From positions 205,881 through 269,880 of the forward strand of contig JALMLS010000480.1 of NCBI GenBank assembly GCA_038496445.1: a stretch of DNA of 64,000 nt, in the 5' to 3' direction. Position 1 is the first letter of the stretch. Every line of letters begins with the position of its first letter. Below are positions 1 to 14,301 of the stretch, in pieces. This stretch comes from Trichosphaerium sp. ATCC 40318 (lineage: Eukaryota; Protista; Tubulinea). The notes under the pieces were generated by a model. The model saw only the letters and a list, made by a program, of their open reading frames with translations, was not told where the DNA came from and searched no databases. The position numbers and the translations under genes were made by a program.

Positions 1-523
1 GTTGCCTTTTTGAGCGCTTTTACTCTTAATCTGTACGTTCTTTGAATCAACAACGACAATATTTCGGCAGATCTTTGACAGAAATATTCCACTCAAACAC
101 AAACAATTAAAGATGGCAGAAATACCAGTCCGGACCGGTTACGGACCGAAACGCAAAAGACCGGTCTGTAAACGGTCCAAACGGTCCGCTGTCACAAAAT
201 CTCAGAACCCTCCATCTCTTGACCTACTCACTGTGCATGCACATACGGTGGCTGTACACTTTTGTGGCAGGTTTGAATATCGCACCTTTTTTTCAGTGCT
301 GTTGATAGCTACTAAGACGTTGTCTTTCGAAAGGTTATTCTATCATCTTGGAAGAACATTGTTTACACGACGTGATGGAGATTTAGAGGTAATTAAGAAG
401 TCATCTTTATACAATATTACAGTGAGGTTGTTGTTCAGTACTACTAGGAAAGGGAAAAAAAAATACAGGCTTGTCTGGTTGGTCACTTGAACTTTTTTTT
501 CTTTTTTTGTGGTTTTTGTTACT

Positions 524-3500
524 CTACTTCTTCTCTTCAGAAGCGTTTATCTTTTGACTATTGTAGAAATGTGCAACCTACGACGCGTAAATATGAGATG
601 ACAAAGATAAGTGATACCAAGGAATGGTCACAAAGTCAAAGAACACATTTTTTGAAACTTCAAGAAAATTAACAAAGACGTACTTGTTCAGAATCAGTTG
701 CATCTTCTGGTTTCTTATCATCACGTACACGAATGAATCGAGGGAATCTAAGAGCGATACCTTTTGTCTCATGGACCTATACGAAAAAAATAAATAACGT
801 GATAATCACGTGAGAAATATGAGAACAAAAAAGGAAAACTCAAGCACAAGTTAGAAGAAAGAAAACATACCAATCCTAAGCCTGCAGTATATGTCGGAGA
901 GATAGACAAATCAGCTGCTTTAATTTCCCATACTACTGCAGGTTCAAACCATACATCACAACTACCTTTAGCTTTTCCGAGACTACAACACATGTCAATA
1001 AAAAACCAAGAAAATAATAAGAAAAGAGATGTCACTTTACCTGTAGTAACCTGGTGGTTTATCAATCTTATGCTCGTCAAGTCTCTTTGTAAAGTCCTTC
1101 AAATTTTGATCCGACAACCCTGTAGCAACCTTTGTGATAGCTTGATATTCATCGTCATCAGGGTTATAACAAGCAAGGAGATAACCACCTAAAATGAAAA
1201 ACAATTAAACCAACAATAAATTACAAAAAACGAAAAATCTTTTTATTGTTTAGTCTGCAAGCAAGTCAAGTATTGGTGAACAATAACACCAGATGATTAA
1301 TTTTGGTTAAATAAACGCAGACAAATCAATGAAAAGTTGGTAAACCGACATAATATCCCAAATTGTTGAAAAAAAAAAAGTTTGGTTTGTAGTAACGTAC
1401 CATATACACCAGTACGTTTTCCTGTTCCGTAATATGCACCAATAGGTACTAAATCTAGCGAATCGCCCATAGTGTCCATGTAATCTTTTTTCAACTAATG
1501 AATAGATTAGCAAACATAAAGAAACGACATGCAAGGCAAAAAGCATAAAAACAGAAAAACTTGGTGGAGGTTTTTAAGGTTTTTTTTACGAAGACTCACT
1601 TTAAACCAATTGTATGATCTCTTATCCGGTTCATAGGTATCTTTTAATGTCTTGAGCATAAGTCCTATAATATACAATTAGAACTACGTACAAACGGCCT
1701 ATCATAGGCCAACACAAATTGATGAAATAGTGAAGTGGTTTTTTAGGTTTTTGTACCTTCGCAGTTGCTCTCAACAGATAACTCCAAGTATGCTTGAATA
1801 TCATCAATTTCATCCAAATCTTTAGCTTCAGCAAATGTCAATTTACCAGGAATCTTCTTAAAAGTTTTATGAAGCGTAGCACGTCGTTCTTTGAGAGACT
1901 TGTGAATGAGAATCTAAAGGGAGAAAAAAATAAGAAAGGTTGTTGTCACAAAGCAACATTGAGCCGTAGGTCCCTCACATGCCGAAAAAGGTACTAATGG
2001 TTTGAATGCATAGTATGTAAAAATTACGAACCTCGTCATTGAGATACAGGACGTCAAAAGCGAAGAGGCAGACTTTAATTTTGACATCTTCGATTTTGAT
2101 GTTTTTCCTTCCACGATGACTTAGAGTCTGGAAACTTAAGATTTTATCATTCTCTACATCATAAGCTACTGCCTCACAATCAATAATGAAACTTGTAACA
2201 TCTGGAGAGCAAATCTATAGTGAGTGAGTACGCGAGCTCAGTTTTTTGAAAAAATCTCAAAGAAAGAAAGTATTAAACTTTTTGTTTACCTCAGGAAGGA
2301 ACTCGATGATATCAGGGTATTTACTTGTATTATCCTCTAAGTTACGAGAATATATCTTGTAAGAACCATCTGCAAGTTTATGGACCTACAGGTAGAAGTG
2401 TTAGACGAGAAAAAATCAAAAGTGTTAAACTGTTAGTTATGCCATAAAAAACCAAATGAATCCAGTACACAAAACCCGGGTACTGTCTAATGATTTTATA
2501 CTTACTTGGGCACGCTCGCCATCATACTTGAACTCACAAGTAAACTTATTATTCTGGAATCTATCCAGGACCTGAGTAATACCCTAATTTTTTTGCTGAG
2601 TTTATGAAAAAAAAAGGAAACAAAACTTACTGTCGAAGGTTGGGCCAACATGGGTTGTACAGGGATTCCCAAAGTCAAATAACAGTGTTTAGGAAGCTCG
2701 AAAATACCATGCTTGCGTAGTTTAGGCCATATGATATCGAAACTTGGGAGTTCACTAGGCGGGGAGTTAAAAACGTTTACAGAAAGAAAAAAATTCAAGT
2801 TGAGATTTTTGTAAATACGCACCAATAGGTTCTTTGAAATATTTCTGCTGCACGTTTCTTTTCTTCATCACGGCCAGGACGACCTTCTTGAACAGCAACA
2901 CATGCATGAGCGAGAGCAGCCTAAAGTAAAGTGAGCAGGGTGTTGTAAAGTATTCAAACAAAATAAGGCTTACGATAACAGTTTTTTGAGCGACACCAAG
3001 TCTCATCTTTCCTTGCAATGTACGGACAATATAAATGATTTCGGTTTCTGTACATGCAACGAACATATTGCTCATCATCTCTGATTTACGTTTCATAGAC
3101 TTTAACAGTAGTTAGGCGAAACCCGAAAAAAGAAAGAAAAAAGATAAAGCAAGAATCTCGTTTTTCTCTTTCTCCATTACCGAATTTCCTGATGCTTTTG
3201 CGATAGCAAGTAGTTTGTTAAACACAGATCTTATTGTCAATGGTTTCAATTTATGAAGTGTACGTAGTCTTGCTTTACTGTGCTAAACGAAAAGTAAGTA
3301 AGTTTTAAAAAAAATGTGCAGTTCCGAAACATTTTGAATTTGCGAGGATTTTGATGCAACACTGGCTATCCATACTTTATATTATGGTAGATAACAATGA
3401 CGATTATATTATAAACGAAATAAGAAGTAAAATAGTTGCGTACATGAGCTACTTTACCAAGATCGCCAAGTCGTTTGTAATCTTGTCTTAGTTGGCCTAT

Positions 3501-4504
3501 CTTTTTGCCTGTAGCTCTAGAAATAGCCTTCATTATAGCAGCTTCACCGATACCCAACTCCACACCAGCAAAAGCGGGTGCAAGCTGTTATAAAAAGTAA
3601 GTAATGTCACATGACACAACCACAATCAAAAGGAGAAGAGTAAGACATAAAAAAAAGTTGTACCTTGTTTGAACACAAATAGAGCGTTGGAAGCAAGTCA
3701 TCTGGCGAGAGGATAAGCACTTGGCAAAACAATTTACATAGGATATCCTGGAGCTTCAAGCGTGCTCTTGTTTTTACTAGTTGATCAAAAGCCTTTGATA
3801 GAGCCAAGTACGGAACACTTGAAAAAAACTGTTAGTTTTGACCTGCCAAAAAAAGCAAAAAAAACATTTTCGTTTTTCGCGGTTACGTACGATTCTCCAT
3901 GTTTCCAAAGAGCTCCTTTGGCTAGTTTATGATCTGGTGGTTGTGTTATGGCAACATCTTCAAGCTCACTAGATGATAAGAGTCAGAAAAAAGTGATTGG
4001 TTGAAACAGGTCAAAAAAAAAACGTTTTGATGTTGTAACAGTTCAAAATGGTTCATTCTTTATGTGAACGCATTGCGCGATGTAATGGACAAACTGTAAG
4101 AAAATAAAATTCGTCGAAGAAAAAAATGTAACGAAAAAGCTGTTTACGTACAATTTTGGCTTGTTCTCTGTCTTGACCTCTTTTGTTACCTATGTATTCG
4201 TTAGTTTAAGGTTTTCGCGATGTACAATTACTTGTTTCTCTTCTTTGATGTTTGATTGTATGTTAGGTGCGTTTTGTGGGTCATTTTCATCGTTCTCTGG
4301 CTTTTCGGTCTTGATAGCACGCACTATCCGTTAAATCAATAAACAAAAAATTTACTGGTACGTACACTTCTTTGATGGCGTTTTTGATGAAGCGTCACTA
4401 TTTCTCTTGCGTTTTTTTGAGTTAGGACCAAAAAAATCCCTACGTAACAGTTAGACTTGTTTAATTATCATAACAATATTAACTCACGATAGAGAGCTTT
4501 GCAT
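524..4504 (-). CDS. LIG1: DNA ligase I (ATP-dependent), many introns
   Basis: Spliced N-terminus MQSSLSDFFG (PCNA PIP box); adenylation motif [13 protein letters not shown] at ~2507-2545; [44 protein letters not shown] and [13 protein letters not shown] motifs; TAG at 524-526. Confidence 0.97.
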
Positions 4505-4597
4505 AGTTGATTGTAGCGTTATAAAGAAAAGTTACCGCGAAAACAGAGCAAAAAATTTTCAACGCATTTCTTTGCGCTTTTTGAATTTATCGTCCGA
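4505..4597. promoter_or_regulatory. Compact divergent promoter region between LIG1 and the ARH-family gene
   Basis: Only 93 bp separate the two divergent ATGs (4504 minus, 4598 plus). Confidence 0.6.
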
Positions 4598-7052
4598 ATG
4601 AGCGTCATTGCGAAGATTTCTAGGCGGTCACGCATAAATGGATCGTTATATGGCCTAGCATACGGTGGTAAGTTTATTAAATTAATAATACGTTTTATTT
4701 TGTTTTTGAACACTAAGAAACCGCAAGTTTACATCGTTGAGTTCATATCATGTTTTTTTTGATTACTGCGAACTTGTTTTTATTTAAATCGCTACGATTA
4801 CGCCACCTACGCTTAAAATGAGCGCAAGCGTTGTTATTTTTTAAGTTTTAGTACGCATTGTACTAAGGACGTTGACAGATGCTTACGGATGTCAACTTGA
4901 TGGATGGTTGCCACAAGAGGTAAAGCTAGCTTACGGAGAGGGTGGGTATGACTTGCCATTGGATCATGACTGGGAGAAGTTAAAAAACATGGATAAAAGG
5001 GTGCAACACCGTTACTGTCGCAAAATTAAACCTCTGGGGTACTGAACAAATCGCTAAATGTGTTTTTGTCTTTTCGTTACGCCAATTTCGTTTTTGCTTG
5101 CAGAAAGTACTTCTATTGTAAGAGTACATAGATTACGTTGTGGTTGCGGGCGTCGAAAACGAAAAACATAACTGCTGATTGACAATAATTTTTGTATTTT
5201 CGAAGATTTTCTGATTGTGAAGTTCTAAAGCACTAACTTCTCTTGCAAAGGGTCTATACAATCACCACACAACAAGCCCTTACTCTTACATCTCTTTGTT
5301 TAAGAAACGGTTTCTCTGCTCGTGGAATGGCTTCTCATCTATGTAATGGTGTAAAACATCGGTAAGCTTATTTTATGGATATTTTTTTATATTTTCATCA
5401 AAAACTTTTTTGGTGCTCATCTAATATAACCCAGAGCTTGGAGGACACCATCACGTACATTCCAGAAATTGGTTTCAAATCTATCAGTTATCACAGCCTC
5501 TCCTACAGAGAGTGGCATAATGAGAAACTCCTTAGGTTAGTTACAATTGAATTTTTTTTTTCAAAATAATTTTTTTTGGCTTTAAATGCCACTTTGTTGT
5601 GCAGTCTTTTTGCGGAACAACTCAGGAATTTATAGGAATCCTATGCCATTGTTTTTGATCTTATTTTTATTTGATGTGGCTACTTAGGCCGATCAATTAT
5701 GACTTACTTTTTTATTTTTAGAAGCTGGTGCCAGAATAGGACCTATTGGTGCATTGTACTTTGATGATCCTGAACAACTAGAAAATGTGTCTATAGAGTC
5801 TAGTCTAGTATCTCATTCATATCTTGTCAGTGCCTCTTATGCTTATGGTAAGCGTTCTTGAAATCCTTTTTTTTTTTTTTTTTGATTCAGATACCATCTT
5901 TTGTTTTCAGTTTTTTTTTCGATTCCTAAATCAGCTTTATCGCCTACACTTCTCCTATCTATTAAAAAACCCCACTGCACTCGTTATGTTTTAATTCTAT
6001 CTTGTGAGGTGAAAAGGAGAAAGGGATAGACATAATTCTCCTTTTTCTTTTTTGTTCAATTTTATTAACTTTTTTTTGAATAGCTGTTGCTTGGGTTGTT
6101 TCTCAGTTTGTGCAAGAAAAAAGTGTTGAAGAAATTAGAAACGGTTTAGTACCTGCTGTAAGATCAGTTGAAGAATCATGGGAAAGACGTAGGCAGCCAT
6201 GGCGGTATAGCTCTGATGTAAAACTCTCAAGTACAACAAATTAGCTTTTGTTTTTGTTTTTTTTTATTTTATCAGCTTGCGTTCTTTGAAATAAGCTGGG
6301 TTATATATTGATTTGGGTTGCTTACTCATGGTTTACAGTTACAAAAAATTTCGAAGAGCTTTTAAAAAATAGCAACGACTGGAGCGATGTTGAACATATT
6401 CGAGGATTGTGTGATAGTAAAGAAAATCCTAATCAAGATTGGATTAGTCAAGGAGGCTTACATGCTCTTGCTATGGCTCTTATGTCTGATATTGAACCTA
6501 AAGATATGTTAAAAGATGTTGCTAATCTTGGGTATGAGTTTTTTTGCCATCTTTTATCATAGTGATTGACAACACGATAAAAAACTCTAAATCTGTATTT
6601 TTTTGGACACTTTTTCAATTGTTATCTCCTAACTTTTTACGTCATTGAAAGTTCTTTTCACTTTTCTGTTAGTACTAATATCGTGGAAGAAAAAAACATT
6701 GTGCATAATGTCAAAAAAACTTGTTCAAATTTTTTATCGCACCTTCTTTTTTTTCTCATTTTTTTCTTGTTTGTTTTTTACCTAACCATTGTTTTCGCTT
6801 AGTGGCTCTTCCTCTCATGTTTGTTCTGTTATTGGAAGTATATTAGGTGCAAGATTTGGTGATGAATGGATTGAAAAGAAACGGATAGAAAACCACCAAC
6901 AATTTGAACAATATTGTGATGGCATAGCAAAAAAAAGTGCAGAAGAATTAGAATTTCTTGATAAGTTTTTTGAACGTGAAAGGAATTCTATTACAGAGAC
7001 TAATAGATGGGCAGCTAAAATAAAAGAACATTTTGGTATGATAGTACGCTGA
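4598..7052 (+). CDS. ADP-ribosylglycohydrolase (ARH/DraG fold) family protein, probably catalytically degenerate
   Basis: Spliced reading RINGSLYGLAYG|DAYG, PLG|VYTITTQQAL, ARIGPIGALY, SSLVSH, VANLG|GSSSHVCSVIGSILGARFG follows the ARH-family pattern; TGA at 7050-7052. Confidence 0.8.
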
Positions 7053-7119
7053 GTCTAAGAAAAAAAAGAAATCAAAAAAAAAAAAAAGAAAAAAATCTTC
7101 AAATAAAATAAGCAAAACT

Positions 7120-9631
7120 TTACCTCCTTCTCTTTACCTTCCACTCTGTGATTTCTGAACAGTTGCAACTCATAAGACAAGACAGATACTAGTTAGAATA
7201 GAACCAAAGTCAACATTTGATTAGTGTATCTTGTGCCAACCTACAATCAGATTTTTTAGCTCGTATTCTATTTCCTCCAAAACCGTTATTCGAATAATAA
7301 GGTGTACACTATTGAACTATTTTACTGTAAGAAATTGTAACAGGCATAGCATTAAACACAATTTCAGGTATCATACATACTATCTGTTCCAAGAGCAGAA
7401 CTATTGTTCAAAGCCTCACGTTTTTGCGACATTATGTGCACCTAAAGCTTTAAGACCTTTTTTTTTTTGTCACGTGTACAATAAATTGATTTGAGACACC
7501 ACTTAAAACCAGGTTCAGTTGAAAACACCAACAAAGAAAGCTAGCTAGCTGTCTAACTGAAAATAGAGCGTGATATTTCTGGAATTGGTAATTGTAATGG
7601 ATGTACACCTGCAAGCTGTTTCAAAGCACTATTAGTGATATCATATCCTTGGCATTGCTTTGAGATTTTGCATAAAAGGAACCAAGAAAAAAGCAAAGTT
7701 GTGTTAAACTCACGTATTGTGATCGTTGGTCCTACTCTGCATAGACTATTGCGGCATGTATATGAAGATGTGCCTAAAGGCAATAATAACAGCTACTTGA
7801 GGCACAGTAGTTGGTGGTAATTGAGTAACCGTTTTATTGGTTTTTGACTTTATTTCTGTTTCATTGATATGTTTCTGTGGGTTATTATAAAGATATCTTT
7901 ACTATATACGATATACTTGATGACATTATCCTTGAGAATAAAATGAGACTTTTTTCTAAAGGGACATGGATAATTCTTGATGATGATAAGTGTTCTGGTA
8001 ATTTAATAAATGTACTCAGACGCAGTTTGATAATACAACTAAAAATATAAAGTAAGCGAGTTTTCAAACCGAAAAAAATACTCCTCAAAGCCGCTCTCTG
8101 TGTGTACCCTGTTTTAGTGTATATCTTGAATAAAGTGCCTTCTCTATTTACAATATATATATCGTACTTGGCATCTAGTGAAGCAATGAATAGTGGAAAA
8201 AACTACAGACTCGTGTTTGTTCTGTGAAAAATAAAAAAAAACTTTTGCTGTTTGTTCGAACAATTGAGTAGGTGTAGAGTGATCACACAATTTATAGATG
8301 TGCTATAATTGATGATGAAATTAAAGAAAAAAAAGGGAGTACCTAAACCAAAGTCGGACATGACACCCATGTTTAGATGTGATGTCTTTTGATTGTACAG
8401 ATATTTATATGTATTACTGTTCAAGTTGAGCTCAACAACACAATCTTTTCCCATGGCATACATAATATTTGAATGTGCATAACATATTCGCAATGGTATG
8501 AATGGAAGTCCAATGGCGTTGTATCCAAACATTTTAGATGCAAACCGAAGCTGGTATGCAATCCATGTCATTCTTAAAAAATTCCGAATCAGTAATTTTT
8601 TTGAAGCTTTTTTTTTGGTGTTTCTATCACGTACTGGTTGTTTTTCAAATTTATTTTTGTTATCACATCGCCACAATTAACATCTTTCGTTATACATATG
8701 AGATTTTCCTATGATTAAGTAAGCAATGATTGTTACCATGCCTTCAACAAAAAAAATTTCAATGAAAATGATCTCAACTAAAACAGTACGTCATCATCAA
8801 GGCACATATCTATAATTCTTGAAACTTTCTTTTTACCGTAAAATTCAATATCTAAAGTAGAAACTTGTTTTGTATTTAGGTCTATAGAGCGTAAACGTTT
8901 AGGGAAATCTTCTGCTGCATAAATCACTCTATTTTTAGTGCAAACACATCCAGTCAATGATCGAAACTGTGCCTCGCTCATATCACCATCTTTGCTTCCT
9001 GATTCACCATTTCCAGTTATTGTAAATAATCCAGGGTCATCACCAAAGTATAACTTACGTATACACTCTCTATTAAAGTCCGTAAAAATCACCTAAACAA
9101 GAAATCAAAAAAAAAACAGCAAAAAAACACAAACACGTGCTTAACTCTATTTTTATTTCAACGGTTTATGTGAACCGCAGAAAGTTCAATATGAGTTTCG
9201 CCGTTTGAATGGTAGTCTCTATAGACCACAAAACCGCTTTTTTGCTTGTTTTCAGTTAATGTACGTACAGAGCCGTCAGTATCAAGCGTGGCGCCTCGAG
9301 TACACGATATCTGTGCTCCTCTCGACAAAGGTCCATCACTCAAACCTAAAATAATAAATATACAATACGCGCTTTAAACGCCAAAATACTTGCCTGACTT
9401 CTTATCCTTTAGTAATTCAGTAATTTTAAACACCTTTTGCATGTCCTAACAAAATAATAAGCGAAAAACCGTTAAAGGCGGTCGTACTCTGCCTTCGCGT
9501 GTAAGACTAATGAGCTTACGCGATACAGTGCTAAAACAACACATTTTCAGTGTTATTGTTGTATCCATTGTACCAATCATACATATAAGCTCTGGGGGCA
9601 GGTCAAGAAACAAACGCGCAGCATTGGCCAT
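7120..9631 (-). CDS. F-box-like + NHL-repeat (beta-propeller) protein, multi-exon; 3' end approximate
   Basis: N-terminal FLDLPPELICMI; NHL-like VIFTDFNRECIRKL...TITGNGESGSKDGDMSEAQF...VIYAAED..RLRSIDL. Confidence 0.65.
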
Positions 9632-9989
9632 TGTTAGTTAATCACTAAGCGAAAACAATGTAGCTTAAATCCCTTAAGCCGTAAAAGTAAGCGACCGGCA
9701 CTCTGACGCTATTTCTGAGCTCTCCAACGACCTTGCTAGTAGAACCTTCACTGAATGCCATTTCAGAGTTAAAACGGCCAGTAATGTCGGCATCCACTAA
9801 ACATTTCCGCTTTGCGGCAAAAAAGCCGAATATTGTGCGAGTTTCCTGTATTTTAGAGCGCTTTTTACAAAGAAAACTCGCAATTTTTTTTGCTTTTTTG
9901 CTTCTCTCACAACGCCCCTGGAACGCACACAAATAGTCAAACTTGTCTCTTCTACGCATGTAAATCCCATACAGAGGCGGAAACGTTTA

Positions 9990-10170
9990 AGGGGATGTCG
10001 ACATGTACGTTATTGGTGAAACAAATGGCCACTGCAACAGCTTGGTAAGAAAACAGCTCTATTGACAAGAAGTTTGATGGTGTCAATCTTAAAGAAATGT
10101 ATGCTCTTGATAAAATGAATGGCGAGTACAAGAAATGGGTTGAAAATGGACAACTCAATACACGAATGTT
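9990..10170 (+). pseudogene. Relic of an F-box/MORN-variant gene
   Basis: Fragments KWPL and DKMNGEYKKWVENGQL resemble the paralogs at 25223 and 53953 but are broken by stops and deletions. Confidence 0.55.
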
Positions 10171-10519
10171 AGAACCTCACTCCACATTTTTTTACCTAGA
10201 ATAGGCGGTTGTCCTTTTTGGAACAACACGTTAGACCAGTCCTCTGACCACCAATAAGCAAAGCGAAGGAACTACATTCTAAGTTAGGAAGTACGCCAAA
10301 CTTGGTCATACAAAATAATGCAGGCGGGAAGCTCCTCTTGTTTTTGATAGCACAGGTACTAGAGTATCCAGTTTATGTATAATCCGAGAGTACTTTTGTA
10401 ATTTATGCTAAGAGTAGCAATTCACGTGATCGCTATCAGCAGTGACCTTTTGAACAGTAATAACATAATAAAGCGGTTCGTGTTGGTTACATTTTTATTC
10501 ATTGATTTCAATCAATCTA

Positions 10520-11620
10520 CAAGCTTCGCTGTATTATACCCTGTAAGGCGTGTATGAGCCTACGTGGAACCAGAGCGCCATACTAGTTACACCAGTCAGG
10601 GCAAAAAGATGTCGGTCTTTTGCTGTGGAGGTTTTTGAACTCACACTGCATTTTTTCGACATTGGCTGACTCATCTGTTACATCAGACTCAGAGGAGTCT
10701 TGAAAGTTACCTTCTTCTTTTAAAAACGGGCGCAGTGGTACTTTGCTTGTTCGTTGTTCTGGAACTGCTCCTCTGGAAGGTAGTATACTAACAAAACAAA
10801 CTAGTGTGAATGATTGAAACAAAATAAAAAACTGCTTACGTGTCATCACAATATGTTTCTTCAGAGCATCCATTGTTTATGTTAGGGTTTGCAAATCCAG
10901 TATTAAAGGTGTTTTTCATAGGAGCTACTGGACGTTTTGGAATACCTAAATACTTATTATATCAACAACACAACAAAGGTATCGGCTTTAAAAACCAACG
11001 AAGTTTGCAACATACAATGGGGTACATAATTATCAATGCTGATTGATGAAAAGTCGGTTCTTCTTGGATCTACGAAACTCCCTGTATGACCTAAATAGTC
11101 GTTTAATACAACGCACACTAAACCAAAATCAGGGTACGTCTTGGAATATAAGAAGGATCCTGTCTATGATCTACTGGTAGCTCTGAGTAGTAACCTAAAT
11201 ACTTGTCATTACCAAACCTAAACAGATGACAATGTACGTTTTGGCGTTGTGAAAGGCTTGAAGTCGTTGTTACTGGCGACTTTAGGGGCCAGGATATTGC
11301 CTGGGTGACGTAAGTAGCCGCCTAGAATAGTTATTTCAAACATCAAAAAAGATACTTCATACCTCGTTGTTCACTCAAATCATGATTGTTATCTTCTCTA
11401 CAGTCCATAAAGCTCTCTGGGTGATCTAAGCAAGTATTAAGCAACATGCTTAGGGGTTTTTTGGAAGTGTAAATACGAGGTGTTTCGTAGAAAACAGCTA
11501 ACATCGTACTCCTAGTAGGTTTGTTCTTTCGTCTGAGATCTACAAAACTCTCTGTGTTACCTAAATACCTTGTTATACTATAAAACGAAAGAATAATAGC
11601 GTACTCCATGGTGCGCTCAT
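10520..11620 (-). CDS. Hypothetical multi-exon protein
   Basis: Short exons with GT-AG boundaries link ORFs 11343-11609 and 10583-10873; no recognisable domain; ends uncertain. Confidence 0.35.
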
Positions 11621-13036
11621 ATCAGGGATTGTTGTTGTTTAATATACTGCGAGCTGCTTTGTTTACAATGTATACTGAGTTAACGTTTTAAATTACTTTT
11701 CTTTGATTGATTGATATCTTTTCGTATCAAATTGGCGTACTAGTACTAGATTTACAATTAAAGCAGCCTGTGTATTAATTTGTGTCCATACAATATTTAG
11801 TTTTGTGGTGACAAATATTTAGCGTTCGGTAACCTCATTAGCACCAAAAGTCGTAAGCGGACTTTGAACAAAATCATTTACCATTTTGGGTATCTACATT
11901 AATCCCATTTCATGACCATGAGATTTTTGTTTATCACTGTTAGCATGCAGTTGGTTTGATCAACCAAAGTGCGTTTTGTTTACCTGCTGCACCTGTCACA
12001 CAAAATATGACATGGAAAAAGTTTACGGAAAAATTTTGAATTTCTCTATTCCAAAAGTGACAGACTGACAATTTATAAGGTCACTTCTGTTCGTGAGATA
12101 ATGCTTAACAGACAATATTGCTTATTATTATTGCATGAATACGTGACCAGAAGACATAGATCCATAATTGCACGTAATACTTTGATTAAAATTCAAATGC
12201 CTTTGCAAAAAGTACGAGCAATCTCACTTTTAGCAGTACTGGTATTACAGTTGAAGTTTAAAATCACTGTCATATGCTCATATAAAGCATCAAATCACAT
12301 GGGTCTCTATTCCCAACAGTGTAAATCTAGCCACACATATATTCGGCTAATCGCTTAAAACTAAAGTTCAGAATCTCTTCTGCTGCTTTGCTGATGTAGG
12401 ATACTGGTATTGACTTCTTTCACCACAAGATAAGTAGAACCGTCCTTCCAAACACGGAAAGTACATTAAGCACACCTGGCGACCCTTTTGAGGAGCGTGA
12501 CAATTTTTATGTTTGGTTGAAAAAACGTGTTCACAAAAAACATTATTTGGGCAATTCTTGTACATTGTCTGCACGCTTCTAAAGGATTCAATTGTCACAA
12601 TCCAAGTGGTTTAGAGCCTTCTAAACAATACACGCGGTCCTTTTATCCAATTTCTACCCATAGAGCCGTGTTTGAGATAGTTTTACCCTCAGGGGCACGT
12701 AAATGCTTACACTCGTCTCTGGATGTTGTTATGGAGCAGTAGATGGCGGTAGAACGATAACACGTGGGAATCACATTGACTGGCTTTGGGCTTCTGCGCC
12801 GTATCTTGGGGTAGTCTTCGAGTTTAAGCCAGGGCATTCTAGTTTCGATACATCAAAGAACGACCACGTACAATCTTAGAAAAGGTAATTTCTAGCAGTG
12901 GCAATACACTGAACCTTAGGTACGTACAAAGGCATAAACGCACAATCTTGCCCAAAAAATTAATCTGTTTTTTAATTATTTCCAAACTAACTAGTTTGTA
13001 GTTTGAACGCCTTCATTACCACCTGAATAAAACGTG

Positions 13037-14301
13037 ATGTTTCGTATTCTATATTCGCTTTCTTTGCTACTTATATACACGAGCTATACACTAGGCGTGA
13101 GAATAAAAAATTTGAACGATGCCATAAGCCACTGTGAGCAAACGCACGTGATTACTACATTATTTTCCGAAAATCGCTAATTTTTTTGTTTTCAGAAACC
13201 AGACACTACCAGAAGTACTCAGTATAGACGACTTTAATAAGTATAAGAACATGAGTCAAGCGTTGGGTGGAGACCATATGTGGCTTAATGTTAGAAACCG
13301 TAACGATGATCCGAACTACGTAACTAGTGTTTGTATACCTTGCCGAACAGATAACATGGGATGTGAGGATTGTAGGGTTGCGTTATCTTTTTTTAAATGG
13401 CTGGATAGTGGAAAGACTATGATAACAAGTGACTTGTTTCTAAAGTCCGCAAATGGAAGCCTTCATGTGTATTTAAATAACTACTTTATGCCTCAGAATA
13501 CTATTGGGCTAACAGCTAAATGCATTAATATGCGTAATGCAGGTAAAGCATCATTAGGTCATTGGTTATTCAGCTATGATTTGTAGGGTTTCATTTCAGT
13601 CCTTGTGACACAAGAGGCGTAGTACAAGCCATTTGTGCTAATAACTGTTCGATGGACCCTCCACCAACAGATCCCTCATCAACTATTGCTCCACCGGTAA
13701 CCGATGATGTGGTAATTAGTGAAATTTTCTATGTTGTCGGAACTTACATTACGCCTGGTACGATTTAGCATTACAAAAAATGATAAGAAAGTAATGTGAG
13801 TTTAGGAGATGTACTATTTTTGGAGAATACCATAATCTCTGTCGTGTCAAACTCTTCAATATTAATAGGAGGATGTCCTACTTTTAGTAAGAATATAGTT
13901 ATTGACATAGATGAATTATTAGAACAAACAGGATCGTTTACCTTGATGAATTTCCAAGAAAATTGTGAGATTGCTCGAGAAAATATCAAGCTATCAGATA
14001 CAAGTAATGCATGCCTCAAGCAGAGTACGTGTTGTTTCGAAGAAAGTTACTTATTGTTGTTTCTCTTTGATTCTTACTCTTTTACATAGCACGTGGAAAG
14101 TTGCTTATCTTGTTTTCTTCATCTTGTACATCCCTATCAAAGACAACTTCAGATTTTCCGATAGTACCTGTAGTTGTTGCAATCGTATTGGTTGTTCTTG
14201 TTGTGATTGTGATACTGTTGTTAGCATTTTTTGTACCTTTATCTTCAGTTTGTCCATGTAAAAAAGAAGTTAGAGAAGAGAACCAAACAATGACAGCATA
14301 A
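13037..14301 (+). CDS. Type I membrane protein with a C-type-lectin-like domain
   Basis: Signal peptide MFRILYSLSLLLIYTSYTLG; DAISHCEQ..LPEVLSIDDF..MWL..FKWLD..KCI..PCD..AIC pattern; P/T-rich stalk; TM helix IVPVVVAIVLVVLVVIVILLLAFFV. Confidence 0.65.

Noticed and set aside
12368-12900. Possible coding region on the minus strand
   Set aside because: Multiple stops and no recognisable domain; at most a decayed gene.
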